Below, one piece after another: positions 23,745 through 37,000 of a stretch of DNA of 64,000 nt. Where the stretch lies: positions 6,874,699-6,938,698 of the forward strand of contig CM082581.2 in assembly GCA_040954595.2 (NCBI GenBank), given 5' to 3'. How positions within the stretch are numbered: position 1 is the stretch's first letter; the number at the start of each line of letters is the position of its first letter. A program made the translations under genes and the position numbers. The notes under the pieces are model-generated. The model did no database searches and was not told where the DNA came from. It saw only the letters and a program-made list of their open reading frames with translations. The DNA is from Balanoglossus misakiensis. Taxonomy: Eukaryota; Animalia; Hemichordata.

Positions 23745-24871
23745 GTAGATACTCTCAAAGACCATAACTCTGCCTCCACCAGTGATATGCCCAATGAAAA
23801 TCGATTTTCAAAACTCTACCTGACTTAACAATTTTTCTTAGCATATCAGAACAAGGGAATTATCTTCTTAATGTTCAATCAACCCTGTGACACAGAACAA
23901 TGAATATAACCTGTAATGCATAAAGCACTGGTTACATTCGGTCTCAGCCAGCCTGGCCCAAAAGCCAATGAAAATTTACAATCTATAGTCCAACATCGAT
24001 ACACACAACTGGTAACCAAAGTGTCTTAAACCTGCATGCTATATATTCATCTAATTAACAAACTGCATATGCAAACGTAATTGGATGCCAAATTCAGAAG
24101 TAACCAAAGTAACTAGTCTCGCGCCCCCAAACAAGCCTTTCATAATGCCTTTGTTTTTATGAGTTGGTGGCTCCAGACATGCATCAAACTCGTCAAACTT
24201 GCATTAATTTCTATATGGGAGGTTCAATTAGGGGAAACGCAATAAAATGGCACCAATTTTATTATTAGCTACTAAGTATCACTGAAATGTTTTATTCACA
24301 TGAAAGCACAACAATCAGAAGTTATATTATACATTCTCTTGAGAAGATCATTCATTGAAGAATGTTGTGCATAAGGAGAAATCATATCAGCTTTCAATCA
24401 TTTGATTTTGAAAGGTCAGATTCAAACGAATCAACTGCTCCCTGATAAACTTCGGCTATAAGAGAGCTGCTGGAAAAGGTACTTTGATTTGGTTGTTGAA
24501 TGGACATGTCCCCCCCCTTCTCATGTACATGTGCCACGCTTAAACCTTTCACCCCAGTTCCCTCAATAGAGGTCCAATCAAGTCAAGTTAGTCTACAAAA
24601 GGATTTGGCTGCACAATGCTATACTGACTATGCTCGTGAGAGAGTACTTCTCGCCAAACCGCGTTCATAAGAGTAAAGACCAAACCCGACAGCTCTTACT
24701 TACAGACAGTCAAGCTCATTGCGCATACATGCAGTCGCAAGGCAGTCAATCCCATCACCAGTGTTGGTCCTCAAAATGACACTAAAATTAAAAAACTTTA
24801 AACACTCACATCACATGATCTATATGGTTGAAAAAAACTGACAATAACAGCATCCCTTGTTGGGTGCCTAA

Positions 24872-24956
24872 CCCTTTCACCCCCAGTTCCCTCTTTAGAG
24901 GTCCAACCTTACCATCTGAAACAATAGGTTTGGACTGAACCATGTTGGCGAAAGGG
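24872..24956. mobile_element. ~85-bp piggyBac-like MITE (a degraded partial copy also starts at ~24544)
   Basis: ctAA-CCCTTTCACCCCCAGTTCCC..AGAGGTCCAAC..TTGGAC..GCGAAAGGG-TTAt; internal sequence shared with 27494-27578. Confidence 0.7.
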
Positions 24957-27493
24957 TTATAGTCATTCTCTTCAGAAGGCTTGATTTTTCTTAAAGCTTG
25001 ACGATGGAAAAGTTTTTCATGATCGTTATACAAGAAATCTGCCTAGATAAACATGCCTGCATAAACGCCCAATGAGCTAACTTCTTATGCAATAGGAGAA
25101 AAAAAATACTTGAAAAAAATGTATCTGTACACTATTGTTACTAAGTTTTCAGCCTATGGATTTTTTTTTTTTTAAATCTACGAAAATCAGTACCCCTGGA
25201 GACTTTTTCGATTCTCACATACCATTGCACTTGTATTCAAGCATCGAACTAGGTACAGCAAACTACTGTAACGTCTCAGCTAACATCCCTATTCCTCTTT
25301 TGGTTTGATCCAGTTTGAGTTTATCCAGCAATATGGAATATTCCATGGCAGCTGAAAGGGGGGTGGGGGTACTGTGAGAACACGAAGAGTCACACGGCTC
25401 ACACTACAGTAGTAAAAATATCTCAGGAATCTTCTACATCACAAAAAAAAAAATCTGAACCAAAAACAGTCTGGCCCAAGATGTCATTAAGGTACTTATA
25501 ATAATAGGTGGATCTCTTTGTTGTAATCTCAGACACACATTAATAATTCAATGTAGGCATGTTATTTTTTTCTTCTCAAATAAGAGTAATTCAAATTTTA
25601 TATGGCTAAACTATTATATAAGGGCATTTTGAAACAAATGACAATAAAATGTTTCCTGCACAATGATGCAGTACTGTATTCTGCAGTAATCTGCCAGTAC
25701 AGAACCATGCTGGAAATGTCTCATAATATTACTTTTTGAGTGGTATTTTTTTAAGTCAGAGGTCAGTGGAAACCATAAAACGATATTTTGACCGAGATAA
25801 AACAGATGCCAACCAAACTACCATGACTGTAGAATCATTTACACACTTGCTGAGAAGGAGTTCACAATACGCGAGTATAAACACGAAAAATTGTCATACA
25901 GAGATGAATCCGTAAGCAAATGTAAAGTCCTGACAATCGCCCAGTAGCAATCTGAGTTCAAACGAAAAGAAAGTTGCTAGGTGAAGTAAAAGTGAAAACT
26001 GCAGTATTCTTATTCAAGTGGGGGGGGGGGACTTTAGCTGTTTGAAGTGTTTGCTACATATGGTTAGTATTGGATTTAATTTTTACATTACTGCTGGCAG
26101 ACTGGCCCAGCTCCTGGTTATGCCAGTTAATGCAGCCTTAAGTCATTGAGGTACTTCCATGATTAAATTATGTCTGGAAACCTCATACTTCTAACACCAG
26201 ATGTGGGAGGGGATGAAGTCATATCACACTATACTTCATCTGTACTGTTAAAAACATTATCAGCTGAGTTTTGTAACTAGGCAACAAGAAAACTCTAGAT
26301 TGGGTGACATGTATCCATAACAACAGGCAAGTTCAATAACAGCTGCCTTCTTGCGAGTTATCCCTCAATTTCCCTCAGGCCATGGACCCTGGAAAAAATG
26401 GACCATTCTGGAGATATGGCCCGATTTCACATATAGGGACAGCTATTTTTAGCAGCAAGCAAATGCTTAAAATAGATTTAAATGTCAACTAGAAAATGAT
26501 AACTAAGTACAAGAATAAAAAGATCTATAAAACAAGCTTGGTTTTTTTCCTTTGGTTTTTATTTGGGTAAAAAAGGATCGAAGGCTCAGAGATGCTACAT
26601 CAATGACTTGCTTGAATTCATCATGAGATGTATTTAATTCAGAAGCCATGATTGTGAACTCTTTCTACACAGTGTGTTTTTGCTCATTATACGATCAAAG
26701 AATGATTACATCCCAGGCCAAAGTAAGTAAACTCTTTGTTTTGCGTCCCTCTCATAATGGTGGATGTACGCAAATATGCTGAAAAACAATTCATGACACT
26801 GTAACCATGCAGTCTGCAGATGATTTGAGCAAATTATGCAAAATTTGTCACATGACATACTTCCTTGGCTAGAAAATGTTAGCAGGGGATGAAGTACACT
26901 GCTTTCATTAAAATCTCAAAAAATGTAGGTGCGCAGAGACACAAAACAAAGACTTGACTTATGCTGGCCTTGTTGATTATCCTGAGGATTTCTCAGGAAA
27001 AGACCTGAGGAAAAATGCCAAAGGAGCAATGAATTTTATTTGCCTATTAAAGTTTGTGGAAACGTTTGAGACAGAATATTTCAGAATACAACAAAAGAAC
27101 ACAGCAAACTGTTCCTCAATCGTTTCCACTGCACTGGCCAAAGCTAGGTTACGAAACCAACACAGCCGATGCATGGGAATCTTGCGTCAACACTGGAAAA
27201 CAGCCAAGCAAGTCAAAATGACAACTAAGAAACTAATTTCTCAGATTGCAAATAATTGAAGTACACACTCGAGTACTCTTCTAACAAAGGCTACATGATG
27301 ATATTTGATATCGTTTCAGAAAACGTTACACAATTATGTAAAGTTGAAATGCAATTTGGATCTTGATATGAAAATTCACAGTACACTCCAAAATATTTCT
27401 ACATCCTTTTATCCATGAAAATTCTCAGGATGACGTAATCTTACACACATTTCAATTTCTAGTACACTGGACTTGTGAAAGATGTCAACTTAA

Positions 27494-27578
27494 AACCTTT
27501 CACCCCCATTCCCGGTATAGAGGTCCAACTTTACCATAGAACACAATGGAGTTGGACCAAACCAAGGTGGTGAAAGGG
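27494..27578. mobile_element. ~85-bp piggyBac-like MITE with TTAA flanks
   Basis: TTAA-aaCCTTTCACCCCC...GGTGAAAGGG-TTAA with an internal GGTCCAAC/GTTGGACC inverted repeat. Confidence 0.75.
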
Positions 27579-28009
27579 TTAAAGGCAGAAAGAAAACAAG
27601 TCACCTTGGGTTGTTGTTTTTTCTGTAATGCCAGTTTGAATGCATGATAAAGTAATAAAAAGCTGGTAAAACCCATATACATGGAAAATAAAAGCAATTC
27701 AACAAGGAACTGCAAATTGCATCACATCGTATGGAACGACTGAGGAAATGAATTGTAGTATTAGTACGGCTGTATTCTGTGAAAATACAAAGAATGGGGA
27801 AAAGAGTAATGGTACCTTCACCTAAGGTTTAAAATTTCAATCTCAATTCAACATTGCAAAGAATTGGAAAAAAAAAAATCTCATTGGTTTTTCTCAAAGT
27901 GACTGAATTATAATACACACTGTGGGCCAGATTATAACTTTGTTGGCATACACAAACTGACAGTGCATATATGCACAGACAACTTCCTTGGTACAGTTGT
28001 TTTAGCGGT

Positions 28010-31000
28010 TTATGGCTGATCCATGGAGGCAGACCTGTTCTTTGTCAGATTCTTTTGGGGTGAGGAGTCTCCGAAGGACGACGATCTAACCAGCCGTGCC
28101 ATGGGCACCGATGCAACTGTGGGGAGAGAAGAAAAAAGAACACATTATATACCAGGGGTTGGGGTGATGGTGTTGGGTATAAATGCAGTCTTAATACTCA
28201 GGCGATTGGAGTTCATGTAGTTTCTGCACTTTTAATACTGAGGCGAGATCAGGGTTTTTTTTACAAATTTTCAGATATGGAGATTCAACTCCTCATTTCT
28301 GGGCTAATCAGGTCAAACTGTTTGCTCCTCAAAAACGAACATTTCAGACAAAATCACTTGAGCGTGCTGAAGGAAGCTTTTAGAACATGAGATCCCTGGA
28401 TATAAGTACACCCTTGCAAAATAAACGGATGCGTACTTAATGTGTATACATGTACACTTCACCCGACTTCCAAATCAAGTTATCCAAAACACAAACCCCA
28501 TTTCCTACTGCAGTTGACACTGAATGTAATCAAATTTGGAGCAGAGCCCGATATTTCCCCCAAACTCAACCAGTCCTTCTCGGGCTTTCGAAGGTGACTT
28601 CACAACAATCCAGGAAACATAGCAAACTCAATAACCACTGTGAGTGGTGTTTGCAGTCCGGTGTCTAGCAGCGACTTGCAAAGTTACCACTTCAACAGGA
28701 CAACTCCACTTCAAGTCAGTTTATCAGATTTTTGCTGAAGTGGGCAATTTGGCCCGATCGACTCATCTGCTGGATCGCAACATGTGTAGGGATAATAGAA
28801 AAGGCTCTTCAATTTTATTTTTAAGTCCTGCCTGCCCATCTGCAAACCGTGGAGTTGATGAACAAATACTGGTAAAGGATGCACTATGTACAGGCACTTG
28901 TTGATTTGTTAGAGGGTCTTACCGAGTCCAATGCCTTGTAGGAATAGTAGGAAACTCTCAGCTAATTTTCTTGGCTGTGAAAATAAAATGGAGACAAAAG
29001 TCAGTTGTACGACGTAAGATACATAATACTAGCCAGGTATGTCAAGACATGAGGAAACTCTTTAGCTCTCATTCAGGACTAATGTACATATACATGTGTG
29101 AATCATCCAGGAATTTAAAAAAAACTTTGTGATTGCACATAGAGAAAATGTCAACCAAAGTCATCACTACATAGTTGGTGATCACAATAATTAATATTTG
29201 ACTATACTGTCAGCTGATCAGATTGACACAAAGTAGATGGCTATAGTATGAGTAGCTTAAAGCGACAAAAAACCCCCCACAGAAAATGAACTTACGTTTT
29301 CATCCATGATGCTGCCACCAACATCCTCAGCCTTCAACAGAGTGCTATTTCTCTTGTCCGGAAGGGAATAGAACAGCTTCTCCTGTAATGACATTTTGAA
29401 CTCGTTTAGAATGCCAACAGGTATTGAATGTGAGATGTTCATATGCAACTCATCAAGCCTATACTGTCGACTGCACTCAAAATTCAACTCATCCAGTCCA
29501 TCAACTGTGAGTACACAATGCAACTCATCAGGTCCTCAAATTCAAGAACATGTGTATTGCCAATCCTGTGAGTAAATGTATCAGTTGCAATTACACATTC
29601 AGCCTACCAGCTACACACAAGTATGCAAATTGTAAAACATCAAACCCATCGACTAGTAATATGCAAATGTGACTCATCAGATTTTGAGTACAATTCAGTT
29701 GTCTGCTGCGAGGCACTGTGAGTCATTCCCATATGCCTTGGATACTAAACATGCGTGTGTTGCTCTACAAAAATGCACTGCACCCAACTCAGTGCTTTCA
29801 TGTGCATTACATGTACATGAATGAGAGAAAAAATCACGTTTTGTTGTATGTATTCAGCAGGTAATCATTTAGGGTTTCTCCCAATAATTTGACCCAAGTT
29901 GACCCTGGTGTGGAGACAGGGGGTTCCAGTCTAACACTGCTGAATTGAATTCAGTTCCTTCATAGCAACTAACGAACTTACCACTTCTTTAACGTGTGGG
30001 GAGGATGTTCCAGTTACGAGGAGAATTGGGGTCTTGATATCCTTAACTTTGTGTGAAACATCAGAACGACTGCAAAGAAAATTAAGTGATGGATGTATTG
30101 TGTTTTTCTGATATATCCAGGACGCGAGTTAAGTTGTAACAACCAGTCACATACACATGTATCACATAGTACATCAAAAGAAAGTAAAATATCCCAAATA
30201 ATGTGAAAAGTGGGTGACCTCATTGTCCCTTTAATGATAAGCACTTTCTATGAATATTGATCAATGATAGTAGTTTTTGCTGTGTAGAAACACAACATGC
30301 CATGAAATAACCTTAAGTTAGTATCAAGCAGAACAATTGATCTGTCGTATCAAAATTGTCATATGAAAGTGGGTGTGGTCCACACTCTGCAGTTTAATAT
30401 ATAAGCCACTCACTTCATGTACACTTGGATATACTTGGAGAGATTCATGGCGTTCATCCGCTGGTACAAGCTCTCATGAAATTCTTCCACAAGCTCTCTC
30501 TTGCCTTTAGTGTCCTAGCAGAATAAAAAAAATCACAAAAAGGGTGCAAACAAAGACACAGTTTAATAGAACCCCGAAACTGGCATTAAAAACTAAATAA
30601 TACAGATTACCATACAGAAGACCAGATGACACAACACCCCTAAAAATAAGATTTAGAGGTTTAAACACAGAGTGACAGGGAGGGGGAAAAACCACGCTTG
30701 GACTGAAGACAAACATTCATTAAAAGATATAATCACAGACGCCACATATGTGCAGGGACTATTATAGAGACTTTTCAATCGAGTGTGTGACAAGCAGCTT
30801 ATACAGATGGACACCAAGGCGACATTTTCACTGCACTGAACAAAAGTACAAAAAATTAGCTTTTTTTCCGTGCAAATGGCAGCCCCTGTACTTATACGTA
30901 CTGAATGAGTCTCGGATGCCAAGACAGTTCATGCTGCGACTCAAAAACGCTGACTTCCAAATTCTTTCTTTTATTGTATTTATCACACACACAATAATTA

Positions 31001-34000
31001 ACACATCACTGACAGTGTCACCAACGTGTAACATTCACCGCACACGCCGTTTGGATTTTTTTTCAGTCGCATGTGGCGTACAATGTGTGTCCCGTTTTTC
31101 CTCTCGTTTAATAGTAATAGCCAGAGAAGGAGGTTTGCAGTGTCCCCAAGGTTGCCCATCACACGTACAAACTGCTAAATACACATACACGCAGTCTACC
31201 GTAGATTGTGCCCTGCTTTTTGCGCAATTCACTAATACGTCTGGCGGGTGACGAGCAGTTTCGGATTGGACTGGCAGGAAGACAATTCTACAGGTGGGGT
31301 TAGATATGGTGTGCGGATGGAAAGAAGATATGAAAAAAAAACATATGTTGAAGCGATCAGTAGTGAAATGATATAGCACTATGTTAGTTGAACGAAGATG
31401 TTATCAGCTTGTACACACCATGACCCAAAGGGCATAGGTATGTTTATATTAAAGGAACAGAAAGCAAAGAAATGTTCATATCAAAGGAATAGTAAGTGAA
31501 GACATGTCCATATTAAAGAAACAGGAAAAGGCGTGTTCATATTAAAGGGACAGTAGATGTAACATTGATCTTTTTTTTCAGAATGTTTTCTGCGTATCAT
31601 AGTTTCTTCTTCTGTGAAATATCCTTCATAAAAACGTTTCACAGAGTTCTACAGCATTCTATACCTTTGAAGAAACTGTAATTTATACATAAAACATTCA
31701 GAAAAAAATCCCCACTGCCCCATTAAAACTAGATATAACAGGAATGTTAAAAAGTCAAGAAACAGCATGATCTCAGATTTCCATGTGTTAAAGGCAGCCA
31801 TACAAAAGTTCAGACTAGAGGGTAGAGATTAAAATGAGTGACAGATCTGTAAGAACTGGAAGAAAAGGTCCAGATATTTTTCAGCCATGCAGAATTAAGT
31901 TGTTGAAAAAATGGTGATAAAAACTGTGTGTATTATATTTTGTTTGTTTTACTGAGAGATGACAGTGAATGACTTGAAAGGAAAACTGCTGTAGCTGTCC
32001 CTCATTTCCATTCAGGGGTTGAGTTTTGGGGGTTTGAAATACATTAACACAGAAGACATCACTAGGTAAACACAGAAAAACTTGTTGAGGGTATTTGTAT
32101 CCTTAACACATAATCTGCTAAGATAACCAACATACAATAATTCCTATATTAATATGATAGTCGTGATGTTTACATACATATACTGTACTAATATATAATG
32201 AAGATTTTATCCCCAAAAAATGATTTATATATAGCTTCAACCGTTCAAGATACAAAGTCTGTAACTGGACAAGTTTTCACTCTAAGCACTGTACAATGAA
32301 AAGCAAAGCTACGTACCAGCTTAGATTCCTCACAAGCCTTGGACAGAATATAAGATGACATTAGACAGTTGTTTTCATGTTTGAAATTTAGTTTTGAGTG
32401 AGATATGGAACTAAGGACTTACCACTACACTGTAGGGGCATTGACAGGCAAACATATATACATGTACAAAGCAACATTGTCGCATACATACATACATACA
32501 GACATACATACACATACCATAAGAAGAGCTATCATTCTAACAGCTATGACATGCATCCACTGTTTAACCATTTCACCATGAATTCAGTAAGTCATACTGA
32601 ATTGTAATACACTAAAACTAGACAAGCACCGGAATATAAATACCAGCAATTGTTTTGACGAATTTTTTTTTAAATAACTTGTCTGAGAAATGGCTTTAGA
32701 CTTGAACAGACTGTGTTTCTCAATAGGCAAGCAGCAAAAAAGTGAATTTTCAGGAATTGAAAAGTCTTCTTTTCCTGACTTTGCGTAAGTGCAGTTTTGC
32801 TCGTGAGTATGCAAATCACTCAACAGCAAACGTGCACAGTGCAATTGAAGTGTATCTGAGAAATGGCAGACAGGCAGGCAGACACACAGACAGACAGACA
32901 AACAAACAAACATACAAATGGATGGATAGATAGGACGGAAAGAATCTAATCTGGAAATTTACATTCCGGACTAACTCAAGTAGGGAATTGGACTACCGGC
33001 AGCAACAAAAACGTGATCAAACGGGTTCAGGTACAGACTATGTATCTTAAACAAAAATTTCTACCATTCTTGTCAGCTTATCATCTCATGCATGTTTTTT
33101 TTTAATCAACATAAATATCGATGAAACGTAAAAATAACCATTACAGGATAACAGGCAGGCATGGTGATAATTGTCTTCATAAAAACAAAATAATTTACAA
33201 AATCAGGTGATGTGTGACAGGAAGTGCAAGAGATATTTGCCATCGGTTTTTAGGGGCAAAAATGACAGCAAATAATGTTAGTGACAAAATGGTGCACATT
33301 GTGAGGTGAATTACTCTATAATGGTTAGTAGATGGGGTAAGCATGCAAACTATAGTTACACCAACAGGAAAAGAATTGGATTTCTATTTGGGCATCGACA
33401 CAGAAAGAGATGCTTTGCGTTACCTCCAAATCCTGCAGAGACACAAGGGAGAATCGAGAAAAATGGAGAAAAATAACATGGTCAGTTCAGTGATCATTTA
33501 ACCCAATTCTTTGTAGGCTTGCAATTTACTTCAGGTGGATCTCAATACATAATATTCGAATCCTGGCTTTGACTTACAGATACTAATGAACTGTCAAACC
33601 GTTATTATGAAGCCAATTTTCTGTTTTCAATTTGCATGCAAAAATGACGATCAGTCACAAAGCCCACAGCAGTGGGTCGGTTCTTGAAACAATCCGACAA
33701 ACAGAAGACAAAATCTTCATTCAAGAGCAAAGTATGACAAGTACTGACTATGACAGTCCACTGCTTGTACATTTCCAAACTTCACTATTAATTTTCTCAG
33801 TCAAAACATTTGTGTTTCGTGATATGTCTGAACATTTGTCCACAGTAATCTTCCCTTTCTGAACTGTTCACTAATGTCGTAGCTTTTATACCAACGGAAA
33901 AATAACGTCATTGACAAATGTAGGCAAGTAAATGTGACATATTCATTCTTTATGTGTCTTTTCACATACAGTTTCTGTTACATGGACATTTGGACAATCA

Positions 34001-37000
34001 CTGATTTTGACCAATTAACTCATTCTAAAAAAATTGTTTTGAAACAATGAATTTATCAGAACGCAATTATATTTTCTGTAGATTTTCAATCGTCAAGACA
34101 ATGGGCCTAAAATTGGACTATGTTAATGTCTACTTGAAAATTCTACGAAACGCTAGTCTGGTATTAACAAGTGGCAAAGATCTTGTGAAACAGCTTCTAA
34201 ACATTAGGAAGGCATATAAAAGCTGTGCAAATATCCTTCTCACCCTGAAATATCATTATTATGCAAAGAAATAATTTTCTAAAATGCTGCATGGGTAATT
34301 AAGCTTTGATTGACAACATGAGTAGCATAAAAGTTGCATGTATATAATAGTTTTGCAAGAAATGATGATTGCAGCGGCGAAATATAGCTGACAATTGCGT
34401 ATGTGCGTTCTATTAAATACGCTGCAGTGATAATGTTACACATAAGACTCAAATGACAACATCCTGGATACATAATAGGACACAGAAGAATAAACATGCA
34501 TCGCTATTAACAGTTTCCATCTTGTATTTGTCCTGCAATCCAACTGTTGTAATATCACTATAAAAGTTAGCGACGTTTTTCAAGGCAGAGCAGAATATTA
34601 AAAAAATTACAATTTCACTTTACAAGGACATGCACATTTCATGCCATTTTTACCCTTGGACGTGAGAATGGAGAGTATTGCTCTCCTGTTACCATGACAA
34701 CTATTATATCAAACAAAATTTGTTCCAAATGTCGCATTTAGAAAGAAATCATTTCTGCCAACTTGGCAACAATAAATAGGCTGGTCATTGCAGCTTTGTC
34801 AATTTAGATTTTGACGGTATTAAGATAGTTGATGGTATTTACATGGTTGATAGTAGTAAGGTCAAACACTTCAGAACTATAAGATAAGGCTGTTTTAAAG
34901 GACCATGTCCATCCTCCTCAAAATGAAAACCTGCGAGAAAGAAATGGACTTACAGAGCCTAAATGATGCCAAAGGAGGAACTTTTCCGTAGTGGGGTTCA
35001 TTCCCCTGGTTGTCAACTGCCAGGCAGCAACCTATTAGAAAAAAAAGAGAGTAAAATTTTGTCAAGGCATTAACATTTCCAACAGGATTCTGAAAACACG
35101 GATAATATTTTGGTTTAAAAAAAATCTGCCTGAACATGTTTTCCCTGATTTCTAAACTCATGACGGTGTTATTCCGTTTTTGCAGCAAAACAACAAACAT
35201 CATCAAAGTTGCTTGGAGCATCTCGCTTTCCAATATTTCCATGTGTGCCATCTCTCTCTCTCTCTCTCTCTCATCTTAATTCATAAAATTTTGATTTCAT
35301 TATTAAATGTAGAATCAGTGCTGATGGTGATCAGCGACATCAAAGTATTCTAAGCAGTGCTGTAGGGGACAATCATTTTTTTTTAATTCTTTAAAATTCC
35401 ACTCAACATGTCTTCTCCCAGGCGATACTCAGTCAGAGCCCATAGCATGAATGTAAAAAAGACCTTGAGAAATACTAAGAGGAAATGTTTTTACCCTCAC
35501 AACACACTATTTTACTTAAGTTCCTTTTTGAGGTTATTTGAGTAGCATATACCATAATTCACCTTTTCTTGGCTCCATTCCAAGAAACTAGAAGGATTGG
35601 CATTACATTCTAGGAGGCAGAGACCAAGCACACGCCTTGGATGGTGAATCTGAAATCAAACACATCACAAAAATCACTTAACCCACAAAAGCTATTAACC
35701 CAGCATTCTACAAATTCCTCTTTCAGATAAAATAAATCAAAATATTCTATTGTAATCCTTTAATAGTGAGGCTTTTTCCACGAAAGTACTTCCAGAAAAT
35801 GGTGATGGTATGTACAAGATGTACATACACATTGTAATTCAAAACTTTGAAATCTATTACATATTGCAATTTTATTCACCAAATCCATTTTTCTCATAAA
35901 TCCTCTCACAAGAGATTAATCAGTACCGTGAAAATGTTTACAAAAGGTGGTAGGCGGAAGACAACATGGTGAGATATCAAATGTACCACAAACGAGCATG
36001 TACCATGAAAAATTATGAATGGAAATGTACAGACTGGTAAAAAATATCGCATGTCAACTATAATATTCTCGTATTCCCAGATAGGTGTGTCTATCTGCAT
36101 ATTGAAGCGAAAATTCACAACACATTCTCTGCTGAACTTACACCTTAAGGAATGGGGAATTGACAGGTCATATTGTACATAAATTTTTCAATATGTCTGG
36201 GTTGGAGATTAGACAGGAGACAGACTTCGTATGACACCTTTTTTCTGTTGTTATGGGAGTCCTGGTCAGCTCCTTAGGCAAAAACTAGGACATCACCAAT
36301 ACTGCTACCTTTCCACAAATGGTTTTTCATCGCAAAACTTTTTAATATGGGGGTGGGGAACTTACTGTGTATCGTAGAAGAATGCTTGCTCCAGCTCCCT
36401 CTGCAAGTGCAACAATGCCTGTATCTGATGCAAACCTGTTTGAAACAAACCAAGGAAATAGTCTCGTAACTTCACCAAGGCGAGGAAAAAATGTCAATTT
36501 CTTATGTTAGCAGAAAATGTTATAGCTATAATTCATTCCTCAAAAATAGCAGATAGACATTTTAATACTAAGATCAGAACTTGGTGCTTAATGATAACGC
36601 AGAGATTGCAGAGAGGTGATAATTCCAGTATAGAGATCTTCGTAGCAAAAAGGTCATCATTGTTAGGGAAGATATTAATATTTGTGAGTGACAACTCTTC
36701 TGTCCACAACATAACAGAATCACAAAATATCGATCACTCCACAGATCAATTTTAAAATATCCATGGGTTTCACAAAACAGTGAAATATTGATCACTATGG
36801 CGTCAAAATACATGAGACAATATTGATTACTGGTGAGTTCACAGTTCCGTGGAAGAGAAAAAGTCATCAGCTTTAAATTTAACAACATGTATTGGAGAGT
36901 GAGACATCTATTTCATCTCTCTTACCCAAGTGCAGCTAGAATATTATCAACTTCCTCGGCCAGATGATCAACTGATGGGAATTGAAGACTACAAAAAAAA

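Noticed and set aside
34931-34953. Apparent 23-nt GT..AG intron after the NDRG exon 35031-34954
   Set aside because: Too short for spliceosomal excision; the downstream frame stops quickly.
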